Below, piece after piece: positions 29,625 to 37,121 of a stretch of 64,000 nucleotides of DNA. The stretch is taken from NCBI GenBank assembly GCA_944391445.1, contig CALXTL010000006.1:21123-85122 (forward strand), read 5' to 3'. The DNA is from an uncultured Alphaproteobacteria bacterium (GTDB lineage Bacteria > Pseudomonadota > Alphaproteobacteria > RF32 > CAG-239). Position 1 is the first letter of the stretch. The number at the start of each line of letters is the position of its first letter. Under the pieces are notes generated by a model. That model was not told where the DNA came from and ran no database searches. It saw nothing but the letters and a program-made list of their open reading frames with translations. Made by a program: the position numbers and the translations under genes.

Positions 29625-30584
29625 ATGTTTGAATGGGTCAAATCTTTTGCTTCTCCGCGCCAGCTTTCTCAGGCAGGTGTCCTGGGGATGAACCGTCGCA
29701 ATTTTGACGTCATCTCCAAATACAATCCGCGCCGGCTTTACCCGTTGGTTGATGATAAAGTCAAAACCAAAGAACTGGCCAACAAAATCGGGATTAATAC
29801 GCCGCATCTGATCGGCAAAATTGAATATCAGCATGAAGCTAAAAATATCCTTGAACTGATTGGCAACCGGCATGAGTTTGTCATCAAGCCGGCACAAGGC
29901 AGCGGCGGTAAAGGCGTTTTGGTAATCAGGGACTATCGCGACGGCGTGTTTACCACGGCATCGGGGCGCACCATCGGCTATCATGAAGTTTATCAGCATA
30001 TTTCCAATATTTTGAGCGGACTGTATTCTCTCGGCGGCAAATATGACACGGCCATTATTGAAGAGCTGGTCCATTTTTCCGACATTTTCAAAGATTACAG
30101 TTATCAAGGAGTTCCGGATGTTCGGGTGATTGTTTATAAAGGATATCCGGCGCTGGCCATGACCCGCCTGCCGACAAAAGCGTCCGGGGGCCGGGCCAAT
30201 CTGCATCAAGGAGCCATCGGCGTCGGGCTGGATATCCGGACCGGCCGGGCGCTGCGGGGAGTTTGCCGCGATATGCCGGTAACACGGCAACCGGACACCG
30301 GAGCTGATTTGATGAAGATTGAAGTGCCGTTTTGGCGCGAGCATCTGATGATTGGGGCATTGGCTTATGAAATGACCGGTCTTGGCTATCTGGGGGCGGA
30401 TATTGTGCTGGATGCGGAGCGTGGCCCGATGATGTTGGAGCTAAATGCACGTCCCGGTTTAGCAATCCAGATTGCCAACGGCATCGGTTTGGTGGAATGT
30501 CTGCGCGAGATTGATAATCATTATCCGGAAGGGCTGTCGGCGCCGCAGCGGGTCGACTTTGTATTGAATAAACGTGCAAAATAG
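29625..30584 (+). CDS. alpha-L-glutamate-ligase-like ATP-grasp protein (RimK-related)
   Basis: 319 aa, ATP-grasp pattern ('FVIKPAQGSGGKGV', 'LGADIVLD...MLELNARPG'). It starts 4 nt after the preceding gene. Confidence 0.7.
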   Translation: MFEWVKSFASPRQLSQAGVLGMNRRNFDVISKYNPRRLYPLVDDKVKTKELANKIGINTPHLIGKIEYQHEAKNILELIGNRHEFVIKPAQGSGGKGVLVIRDYRDGVFTTASGRTIGYHEVYQHISNILSGLYSLGGKYDTAIIEELVHFSDIFKDYSYQGVPDVRVIVYKGYPALAMTRLPTKASGGRANLHQGAIGVGLDIRTGRALRGVCRDMPVTRQPDTGADLMKIEVPFWREHLMIGALAYEMTGLGYLGADIVLDAERGPMMLELNARPGLAIQIANGIGLVECLREIDNHYPEGLSAPQRVDFVLNKRAK

Positions 30585-30639
30585 GTTTTTCGTACCTATA
30601 TAGATTTTAGCAAATAAGTTAATATCAAGGGAGAAAGTC

Positions 30640-31254
30640 ATGGCCAAAGAAATAAAATTGCTGAAAAAGGAAAAAACGCCAAAATTATCTGGCAGCCGCA
30701 CCAAAGGCATCAAACCTGCCGAAACCAAAAAATTGTCGCTCAGCAAGACACGTGCCAAAAAAATCAAACACGCCTATCAGGTAAAAGATGCCGAAAATGC
30801 CTTGCTTTTAAAGTTAAAAGACGGCGATGTTGTTATTGAGATGTTTCCCGACGCGGCGCCCAATCATGTAGAGCGAATCAAGGAGCTTGTCAGAGCCGAA
30901 TTCTACAACGGGCTGAAATTTCACCGGGTGATTGAAGGATTTATGGCTCAGACCGGCTGTCCTTATGGAACCGGCACCGGAGGCACCGGCAAAAAGCTCA
31001 AAGCGGAGTTTAATTCCCTGCCGCACAAGCGCGGTACGGTTTCCATGGCCCGCGCGATGGACATTAACTCCGCCGACAGTCAGTTTTTCATATGTTTCGG
31101 AGATTGCAGCTGGCTGGATGGACAATATACTGTCTGGGGGCAGGTAACTTCGGGGATGGAATATGTTGATGCCATCAAAAAGGGTTCAGGTGCCAATGGA
31201 GAGGTTTCTGATCCGGATACCATCATCAGCATGCAGGTGATTGCCGACATCTGA
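30640..31254 (+). CDS. cyclophilin-type peptidyl-prolyl isomerase with Lys-rich N-terminal extension
   Basis: Core 'FHRVIEGFMAQTG...GTGG...FFI' preceded by about 50 aa rich in K/S/T. Confidence 0.85.
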   Translation: MAKEIKLLKKEKTPKLSGSRTKGIKPAETKKLSLSKTRAKKIKHAYQVKDAENALLLKLKDGDVVIEMFPDAAPNHVERIKELVRAEFYNGLKFHRVIEGFMAQTGCPYGTGTGGTGKKLKAEFNSLPHKRGTVSMARAMDINSADSQFFICFGDCSWLDGQYTVWGQVTSGMEYVDAIKKGSGANGEVSDPDTIISMQVIADI

Positions 31255-31270
31255 AAAACAAGTTTCAAAA

Positions 31271-31304
31271 AAGAAGGCCGGTTGTCAAAGTCCGGCCTTC
31301 TTTC
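31271..31304 (+). terminator. terminator after the PPIase gene
   Basis: Stem GAAGGCCGG / CCGGCCTTC followed by TTTCT. Confidence 0.7.
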
Positions 31305-31324
31305 TATATAAAGTTTAATACAGA

Positions 31325-31341
31325 GAGCATTTCACTAAATA
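31325..31341 (+). repeat. 17-bp direct repeat copy 1 (GAGCATTTCACTAAATA)
   Basis: Identical to 31665-31681. Confidence 0.9.
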
Positions 31342-31428
31342 CTCAAATACAAATAAAACAAACTTTTCAAATAGTCAACCAAAAACAGCAAATAAAAGAA
31401 CAAAATATGAACACACAGGGAAATGTTC

Positions 31429-31457
31429 TTGACATAATTTGAATAAGGTATTAGCTT
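31429..31457 (+). promoter_or_regulatory. candidate promoter TTGACA-17-TAGCTT
   Basis: Perfect -35 at 31429-31434. The -10 is weak (T1, A2 and T6 conserved). Confidence 0.3.
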
Positions 31458-31519
31458 AAAAAATCGGCAAAGGATTGCCGTGTACCTGCGACAGGTAGGG
31501 AGCCTTGACAAGCTCTTAA

Positions 31520-31534
31520 ATTTAGTGCGGTGCT
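31520..31534 (-). repeat. partial inverted copy of the 17-bp repeat (12/15: AGCA-ccg-CACTAAAT)
   Basis: The + strand reads ATTTAGTGcggTGCT, the reverse complement of the AGCATTTCACTAAAT core with 3 central mismatches. Confidence 0.55.
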
Positions 31535-31664
31535 AGGATATGGCGTCGATAATTAATATCGGGTTATTTAAAAGGACGATATTAATAATATATCCCCGAC
31601 AGTATCAAAAGGTCGGGGAGCCCGTGGTGTATGTTCAGAAGTTTTAGCTTTAAAGACCAGTGGG

Positions 31665-31681
31665 GAGCATTTCACTAAATA
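31665..31681 (+). repeat. 17-bp direct repeat copy 2 (GAGCATTTCACTAAATA)
   Basis: Identical to 31325-31341. Here it is part of the AGCAT...ATGCT hairpin. Confidence 0.9.
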
Positions 31682-31700
31682 TGCTTTGTCAACTCTCCGA

Positions 31701-31726
31701 CCACCTCAATGCAGGTGGTTTTTTGT
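31701..31726 (+). terminator. intrinsic terminator
   Basis: CCACCT-caatgc-AGGTGG followed by TTTTTTG. There is no upstream A-run, so it works on the + strand only. Confidence 0.7.
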
Positions 31727-31839
31727 ATTATATCAGCAAAAACGGGGAGCTACGTGACGGCGCATAAGTCGAAATCTTGTTGTGGATTAACAATGAAACA
31801 TAAGAAAAGTTGCCCGTTTGCATACCGGAGACAGGTAAG

Positions 31840-32427
31840 ATGATTTGCGCCTATGTGCAAGACTCTGCTCTGGGAGAAGATGATGCTTCTTTGGCCTGCC
31901 AGTACCAATCCATACAGTTATTTACGCGTGAAAACAATCTTACAGTTGATGTCTGGCATCGGGGTATTGATACGGAAGAGACACTTGTACGGTTGCACGC
32001 CGGCGACACATTGTTGGTCTGCCGGTTCAGCAGTCTTGGCGTATCGCTGAAAAAAGTTTGGCGTTCACTATCTGTCTGTTGGAATAAAAATATTAAAATC
32101 ATTGTGATTCAGAATAAAAATATTTTTGAAAAAAACAGTGAAATGCATCAGTTGTTGGAAGCGATGGAATTGGTTGTCAAAATCGAAACGGACATCAGAT
32201 CGCAGTCCGTCCGTCGCCGGCTGCAGCAGAGGCGCAGGGAAGGGAAAGTTCTCGGGCGCCCTTTTGGCAGTCGTAATCGAAAAACTAAACTGAGCGGACG
32301 TGAAGAAGAGATAACCTCACTTTTGGCACAAAAAGTTTCCAAAAGCGCCATTGCCAAACGCCTGGGCGTTAACCGGATGACCTTATACGGGCATCTGCGT
32401 CGGATGGAAGAACAAAAAGCCGCCTGA
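31840..32427 (+). CDS. serine-recombinase-like protein with degenerate catalytic motifs and intact C-terminal HTH
   Basis: Paralogue of the 60248-60853 product (shared ...REN..(V/I)D.W..., GD.L, LGR.FGS.N.K..L.G.E.EI..LLAQ.VSK..IA...GV...T.Y..L.R). It reads AYVQDSA for YIRVST and FSSLGV for SRLGR. ATG 31840 follows a GGAG SD. Confidence 0.7.
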   Translation: MICAYVQDSALGEDDASLACQYQSIQLFTRENNLTVDVWHRGIDTEETLVRLHAGDTLLVCRFSSLGVSLKKVWRSLSVCWNKNIKIIVIQNKNIFEKNSEMHQLLEAMELVVKIETDIRSQSVRRRLQQRRREGKVLGRPFGSRNRKTKLSGREEEITSLLAQKVSKSAIAKRLGVNRMTLYGHLRRMEEQKAA

Positions 32428-32436
32428 AAAGGCGGC
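32413..32436 (-). terminator. sodB terminator embedded in the 3' end of the recombinase-like CDS
   Basis: GCCGCC-tgaaaa-GGCGGC, with a T-run on the minus strand. Confidence 0.6.
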
Positions 32437-32444
32437 ATCGGTCA

Positions 32445-33023
32445 TTATTCGGCAACCTGTGGCCAATTGGCCAGATGTTCCAAAAAGTTTTCAATATGGT
32501 CTGCGCGCCGGTTTTGATAATCCAGGTAATAAGCGTGTTCCCAAACATCAATAGTCAGCAACGGTATAATCCCGTGGGCAACAGGTGTATCGGCATTACT
32601 GGTTTTCATAATTTTGATGGTATCATTTTCTTCATAAACCCAGGCCCAGCCACTGCCGAATTGGCTGACGGCAGCATCTTTGAGCTGTTTTTTGAATTCG
32701 TCGTAAGAACCGTATTGCCGGGTAATTTTATCCAGCAGTTTGCCTTTCGGCGCACCGCCCAAAGGCGACATTGACCGCCATAAAAATTCATGATTCCAAA
32801 CTTGTCCGGCATTGTTGAAAATGGCTTGTTGTGTCGGTTTGCCGGAGGTTTCTCGGATAATTTTTTCAAGGGGCATATCCGCATATTCCGTACCTTCAAT
32901 CAGTTTGTTCAGCGTATTGACATAATTGGGATAGTGCTTGCCGTAATGAAAAGAAAGCGTCCGCTCGGAAACATAAGGTTCAAGAGCATTCATATCATAG
33001 GGCAGTTCCTTGATTTCAAACAT
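32445..33023 (-). CDS. sodB: Fe/Mn superoxide dismutase
   Basis: 192 aa with 'LPYDMNALEP', 'FHYGKHY' and 'DVWEHAYYLDYQNRR' signatures. Confidence 0.9.
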   Translation of the reverse strand: MFEIKELPYDMNALEPYVSERTLSFHYGKHYPNYVNTLNKLIEGTEYADMPLEKIIRETSGKPTQQAIFNNAGQVWNHEFLWRSMSPLGGAPKGKLLDKITRQYGSYDEFKKQLKDAAVSQFGSGWAWVYEENDTIKIMKTSNADTPVAHGIIPLLTIDVWEHAYYLDYQNRRADHIENFLEHLANWPQVAE

Positions 33024-33042
33024 GTTTTCCTCCTCAGATGTT

Positions 33043-33477
33043 TTAGAAATTATCCTGATCTTTATGATGTTTTATATAGCTGTTGGTGCCGACTTCATCA
33101 AGCAGCTTTTGTTCTTTTTCGGCCAATTCTTTTTGTTCGGCTTTGGCGCGGTTGGTATCAATAATTTCATAGGTTTTCTGTTCTTTAAACATATCGGCGA
33201 TAATATCGCGGATTTCTTCAATCCGCCGGCGGATGCCATTAAGTTTGATTTCCAAAGCGGCGCGCAGTTTGAGATAACGCTTGGTGTAAAGACCAAAGTC
33301 GCTGCACAGATTCGGATTCTTCTGCGCAAATTTTTTTTCACTTTCAAACTTTTCTGTCAGCAGTTTGAGCTCATGAAGGGTTTGTTCTTCCGCATTCAAT
33401 TGTTCAACCAGCAGTTTGCGCTGCTCATCAATATCAAATTTCTTGATTCGGGTAAGGGTTTTGAGCGATTTGTTCAT
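33043..33477 (-). CDS. fliJ: flagellar export chaperone FliJ-like coiled-coil protein
   Basis: 144-aa charged coiled-coil protein immediately downstream of fliI. Confidence 0.6.
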   Translation of the reverse strand: MNKSLKTLTRIKKFDIDEQRKLLVEQLNAEEQTLHELKLLTEKFESEKKFAQKNPNLCSDFGLYTKRYLKLRAALEIKLNGIRRRIEEIRDIIADMFKEQKTYEIIDTNRAKAEQKELAEKEQKLLDEVGTNSYIKHHKDQDNF

Positions 33478-33483
33478 TCAGGC

Positions 33484-34824
33484 CTAGGCCTCCAGGCTAA
33501 ACGGTACAGCCAAAATATTACCAAGAATTTCATAACACTCAGCCAGAGAAAAACGTTCTTGTTTGCCCTGAGCCAAAAAAGCCTCTATTTTGGGATAATA
33601 GAAAATGGCTTCATCAACTTCCCGGTTAGAACCCTTCTTATAGGCGCCGAGACGGATAAGCTCGGCCATATCCTCGTAGGCCGCAATATATTTACGCGCT
33701 TTGGCCACCAAAGCATATTCTTCCTTGGTGTCGCAATCGGGCATGGTACGTGAAATTGAGCGTAGGATATTAATGGCGGGGTAACGGTTTCTTTCGGCAA
33801 TAGCGCGATCCAAAACAATATGCCCGTCCAAAATTGAGCGCACGGCATCGGCTACGGGCTCATTATGATCATCGCCGTCGACCAAAACAGTAAATAAACC
33901 GGTAATAGTGCCGTTACCCGCACCGGGGCCGGCCCGCTCAAGCAGTTTGGGCAATTCGGAAAAAACGCTGGGCGTATATCCTTTGGATGCAGGCGGTTCG
34001 CCGACGGATAAAGCAATTTCTCGCTGAGCCATGGCAAAACGTGTGATCGAATCCATCATGCACAACACATCTTTATTTTCGTCACGAAAAAATTCTGCCA
34101 CGGCCATAGTCACATAGGCGGCCTGCCGCCGCAGCAGAGGGCTTTCATCTGATGTGGCCAGCACCAGCACTGATTTTGCCAGGCCTTCTTCGCCCAAAAC
34201 ATCTTCAACAAATTCTTTGGCTTCACGGCCGCGTTCGCCAATCAGGCCGATTACCGAAACATCGGAATCCGTATGCCGCGCCATCATGGACATCAAGGTG
34301 GACTTTCCGACGCCGGAGCCGGCAAAGATGCCCATGCGTTGCCCTTTGCAGATGGTCAGAAACGTATTGACGGCCTTCACGCCCAGGTCAACCTTGCCTT
34401 TGACCCTGTCGCGAAATTGCGCCGGCGGCGGCGAACATTTGATGAAATAGGGTTTGTCGCCTTTGATCAACGGGCCTTTGCCGTCAATTGCTTCACCAAA
34501 AGCATTAATAATGCGTCCCAGCCATGACGGATGCGGATATATCACCGGGCAGGCGTCGTCCACTTCCACGATGCAGCCCAGACCGATCCCTTCCATGGAG
34601 GCATAGGGCATCAGCAGGATTTTGTCATCCTTGAAGCTGACAACCTCGCAGGGAATTTTATGACCGTTGTTGTTGACAACGCTGCAGCGGTCACCGATGG
34701 AAAGTTTGGCCAAAATACCGCCTGCTTCAATAAACAGACCTTGCACGCCGGTGACCTTGCCATAATAGGCGGCGGTGTCCATTTTGCCGATTTCTTGCAG
34801 AATATTTTCGAGATAAGCGCCCAA
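33484..34824 (-). CDS. fliI: flagellum-specific (T3SS) ATPase FliI
   Basis: Walker A 'GSGVGKST', Walker B 'VLCMMDSITR', F1/T3SS ATPase fold. Confidence 0.9.
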   Translation of the reverse strand: MGAYLENILQEIGKMDTAAYYGKVTGVQGLFIEAGGILAKLSIGDRCSVVNNNGHKIPCEVVSFKDDKILLMPYASMEGIGLGCIVEVDDACPVIYPHPSWLGRIINAFGEAIDGKGPLIKGDKPYFIKCSPPPAQFRDRVKGKVDLGVKAVNTFLTICKGQRMGIFAGSGVGKSTLMSMMARHTDSDVSVIGLIGERGREAKEFVEDVLGEEGLAKSVLVLATSDESPLLRRQAAYVTMAVAEFFRDENKDVLCMMDSITRFAMAQREIALSVGEPPASKGYTPSVFSELPKLLERAGPGAGNGTITGLFTVLVDGDDHNEPVADAVRSILDGHIVLDRAIAERNRYPAINILRSISRTMPDCDTKEEYALVAKARKYIAAYEDMAELIRLGAYKKGSNREVDEAIFYYPKIEAFLAQGKQERFSLAECYEILGNILAVPFSLEA

Positions 34825-35010
34825 GCAAATACCTTTCTTAGCTGTTCAGATCTATAATATACACATCTAGAGTTATTTTTCAGTCATTTTTGCGGTTATC
34901 AACATTAAAGTTAATAATTATTAACAGCCTTGTCAAAAAAGTTAACAAATTGGAAATAACAGGATATGATAAAGCCATTAATAAAAGATTGCATGGAAGG
35001 AAGGCTGGCT

Positions 35011-35700
35011 ATGCGCGTGTTGCTTGTGGAAGATGATTATGCCGTTTCGCAAAGTATTGAGACCATGCTCAAAAAGGAGGGAATGATTGTTGATACCACC
35101 GATTTGGGCGAAGACGGTCTGGAGATCGGCAAACTCTATGATTATGACATCATTATACTTGATCTGATGCTGCCGGATATGAACGGCTATGAAGTGCTGA
35201 AAAATCTGCGGGCGTCTAAGGTGAATACGCCGGTTCTGATTCTTTCCGGTCTGAGCGAGCCCGATAAAAAGGTCAAAGGGCTGGGATACGGCGCGGATGA
35301 CTATTTGACCAAGCCGTTTGACAAAGCGGAGCTCTTGGCCCGAATCCAAGCGGTTGTCCGCCGTTCCAAGGGGCATTCCAATTCGGTGATTAAAACCGGT
35401 GATGTCGAGGTTAATCTTGACAACCAGACAGTGACCGTCTGCGGCAAAGCTCTGCATCTGACCGGCAAAGAATACGGTATTATGGAGTTGTTGTCGTTGC
35501 GCAAAGGTTCAACGCTGAACAAAGACCAGTTTTTGAACCACCTTTATGGTGGAATCGACGAACCGGAGCTCAAGATTATCGATGTTTTTATCTGCAAATT
35601 GCGCAAAAAGCTTGAAAAAGCATCCGGTGGCAAAAACTATATTGAGACCGTCTGGGGTCGCGGCTATGTTTTGGTCGACCCGGACGAGGCCAAGAAATAA
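35011..35700 (+). CDS. ctrA: cell-cycle response regulator CtrA (OmpR family)
   Basis: MRVLLVEDD...[21 protein letters not shown]...[17 protein letters not shown]...[20 protein letters not shown]...[10 protein letters not shown] is near-collinear with Caulobacter CtrA as I remember it. ATG 35011 follows GGAAGG. Confidence 0.9.
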   Translation: MRVLLVEDDYAVSQSIETMLKKEGMIVDTTDLGEDGLEIGKLYDYDIIILDLMLPDMNGYEVLKNLRASKVNTPVLILSGLSEPDKKVKGLGYGADDYLTKPFDKAELLARIQAVVRRSKGHSNSVIKTGDVEVNLDNQTVTVCGKALHLTGKEYGIMELLSLRKGSTLNKDQFLNHLYGGIDEPELKIIDVFICKLRKKLEKASGGKNYIETVWGRGYVLVDPDEAKK

Positions 35701-35744
35701 AGCGGAATAATTATTTTCAGACACGGATTTCCGGCAATTTCATA

Positions 35745-35781
35745 AAAAGCCTTCCTTTTGCAACAGGAAGGCTTTTTTCAT
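35745..35781 (+). terminator. terminator after ctrA
   Basis: AAAGCCTTCCT ... AGGAAGGCTTT followed by a T-run. Confidence 0.75.
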
Positions 35782-35830
35782 CATGATTGCCGCCAAATAT
35801 TTTTGGCTAAACCCAGGGAATGATTATTTG

Positions 35831-35860
35831 TTGACATAATATGGATTTTTTCTGTATAAT
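35831..35860 (+). promoter_or_regulatory. consensus sigma70 promoter TTGACA-18-TATAAT
   Basis: Both hexamers are perfect. The track ATG at 35841 lies between them, so the CDS must start further downstream. Confidence 0.6.
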
Positions 35861-35930
35861 AAGCCGATATCGAGCAAAAATAACAAAACACTTGCCGACT
35901 CATAAAACGATTCTGCAAACGGATGGCAAA

Positions 35931-36776
35931 ATGATCGAATCTTTATATGCTTTTTTTCTAAAGCTCAAAGCCGCACACATACGCGACAAAAGACTGCGTA
36001 AAAAATACAAACGAATATATATGGCGCGCTACTACTGGCAGAAAATGGAATCCGTTCGCTGGGGGGTATCGTATTCTGTTTTTGACGGCGAGGAATTGTT
36101 AGAAGCGTCTTTACGCTGCATTCGTCCGCAGGTCGATTATATCAATGTTGTTTATCAGAATATCTCCTGGTACGGCGAGCCTTCATCGCAGCCGCTGTTG
36201 CCGCTGCTGGAAAAATTTTTGAAACAGGGATTGATCGATAAAATTATTTTATATGAGCCAAACCTGAAAATGGCAGCGGGCACAAATGAACAATGCAAAC
36301 GTAACCTTGGTTTGCAGCAGGCCCGACGCGACGGCGTCCGCTATTATATGACCATGGATGTTGATGAATTTTATTTTCCGCAGGAAATGGCCGCCGCCAA
36401 ATATGCAATCATCAAAAAACATGTCACACGATCCTGTGTCAAACAGGAAACATACGGGGTCAGACCAACGGAGAAAAGGCTCTATAATCGCGGATGTTTT
36501 GTGCCGTTTTTCAGCCGGATTAATATCTTCAGCCGTCATGGCAAGGATCACAAGCTTCCCTGTCTATGCGATCCGACGCGCCAATTGCAGTATCAGCCGG
36601 GTAACCGATATTACATATTTGAGCAATGCAGCATGCATCATATGTCAAAGGTGCGCAAAGATATTGAAAAAAAATTGCGCAATTCCAGCGGGGGCACAGC
36701 CAGACTTAAGAAAAAGCAGTCTCCGTTACAATTACTGAGCGCAGAAGTCGAAAATTGGTTTAATATCCGGATTTAG
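35931..36776 (+). CDS. putative glycosyltransferase-like protein (start uncertain: 35931, 36021 or 36045)
   Basis: 'WGVSYSVFDGEELLEASLRCIRPQVDYINVVYQ' and a DxD-like 'MDVDEF'. Assignment is tentative. Confidence 0.4.
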   Translation: MIESLYAFFLKLKAAHIRDKRLRKKYKRIYMARYYWQKMESVRWGVSYSVFDGEELLEASLRCIRPQVDYINVVYQNISWYGEPSSQPLLPLLEKFLKQGLIDKIILYEPNLKMAAGTNEQCKRNLGLQQARRDGVRYYMTMDVDEFYFPQEMAAAKYAIIKKHVTRSCVKQETYGVRPTEKRLYNRGCFVPFFSRINIFSRHGKDHKLPCLCDPTRQLQYQPGNRYYIFEQCSMHHMSKVRKDIEKKLRNSSGGTARLKKKQSPLQLLSAEVENWFNIRI

Positions 36777-36982
36777 TTTTTGAGCCCGTGCGTTTTTCTG
36801 GCGCTTTTCATGATGATACGGGCAAAAGATTTTTTTGCCGCATAAGTCATAAACAGGGGTTCTTCCAGTTTGAGGGCGCCGAGAGTTTCTTCCAGAGCTT
36901 CAAAACTGTCATAAATATTACGGATGATGGAAAGATCGTCTCTGATAACATCATAGCGCATGGTGGGACTTTGTCTTGTCAT
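36773..36982 (-). CDS. small hypothetical protein
   Basis: 69-aa ORF whose 3' end overlaps the convergent gene by 4 nt. Confidence 0.3.
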   Translation of the reverse strand: MTRQSPTMRYDVIRDDLSIIRNIYDSFEALEETLGALKLEEPLFMTYAAKKSFARIIMKSARKTHGLKN

Positions 36983-37121
36983 ATCACTAATCTCCGATTC
37001 TGTTGCACAAAATTAGTCCGTCAAAACAAGATAAAGTATAAGGGTTGCTTCCCTGATTGACCAGCCCTTATTTTGCGTGCAAACCGCGCTAAAAATATGT
37101 ACAACAATAAGATAGCTTGAC

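Larger units (their letters stand above)
31455..31726 (+). ncRNA. candidate structured non-coding transcript (family unknown)
   Basis: Bounded by the candidate promoter and an intrinsic terminator. No ORF of 60 aa or more. Hairpins at 31465-80, 31484-96, 31547-61, 31578-94, 31594-618 and 31667-85. Confidence 0.3.
31498..31750 (+). repeat. dispersed (G)GGGAGC motif, 4 copies
   Basis: Copies at 31498-503 (GGGAGC), 31615-21, 31662-68 and 31744-50. A degenerate AGAGAGC lies at 31322-28. Confidence 0.7.

Noticed and set aside
31600-31613. AGTATCAAAAGG resembles the Hin/Gin-family half-site TTATCAAAAACC.
   Set aside because: No inverted partner half-site lies at the required 2-bp spacing (the sequence continues TCGGGGAGCCCG). 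The stretch is also the loop of the CCCCGAC/GTCGGGG hairpin, so the resemblance is probably chance.
31661-31703. tRNA/tmRNA-like acceptor mimic. (U)GGGGAG at 31661-67, or CGGGGAG at 31743-49, can pair with CUCUCCG at 31693-99, which is followed by A-CCA (31700-03). The pairing includes a G:U pair. This suggested a permuted alphaproteobacterial tmRNA or a tRNA-like 3' end.
   Set aside because: No T-arm or GTTCRA-like loop precedes the 3' strand. The G:U pair falls at position 4:69, not 3:70, in the 7-bp register. No tag-like reading frame ending in ...AA-stop was found. The CCA is part of the terminator stem CCACCT/AGGTGG. A tmRNA-specific search (ARAGORN or Infernal) would settle it.
31498-31750. 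Considered whether the repeated GGGGAGC motifs represent a CRISPR-like array.
   Set aside because: The motifs are only 6-7 nt long and their spacings are irregular (117, 47 and 82 nt). There are no cas genes.
34905-34945. TTAA-rich ctrA/fliI intergenic region examined for CtrA boxes (TTAA-N7-TTAA). Similar looks were taken at 27487-27502 and 16315-16330.
   Set aside because: The spacings are N6 (34911/34921) and N8 (the other two sites), not the canonical N7. No full TTAA-N7-TTAA was found by eye, so it is not reported as a feature.
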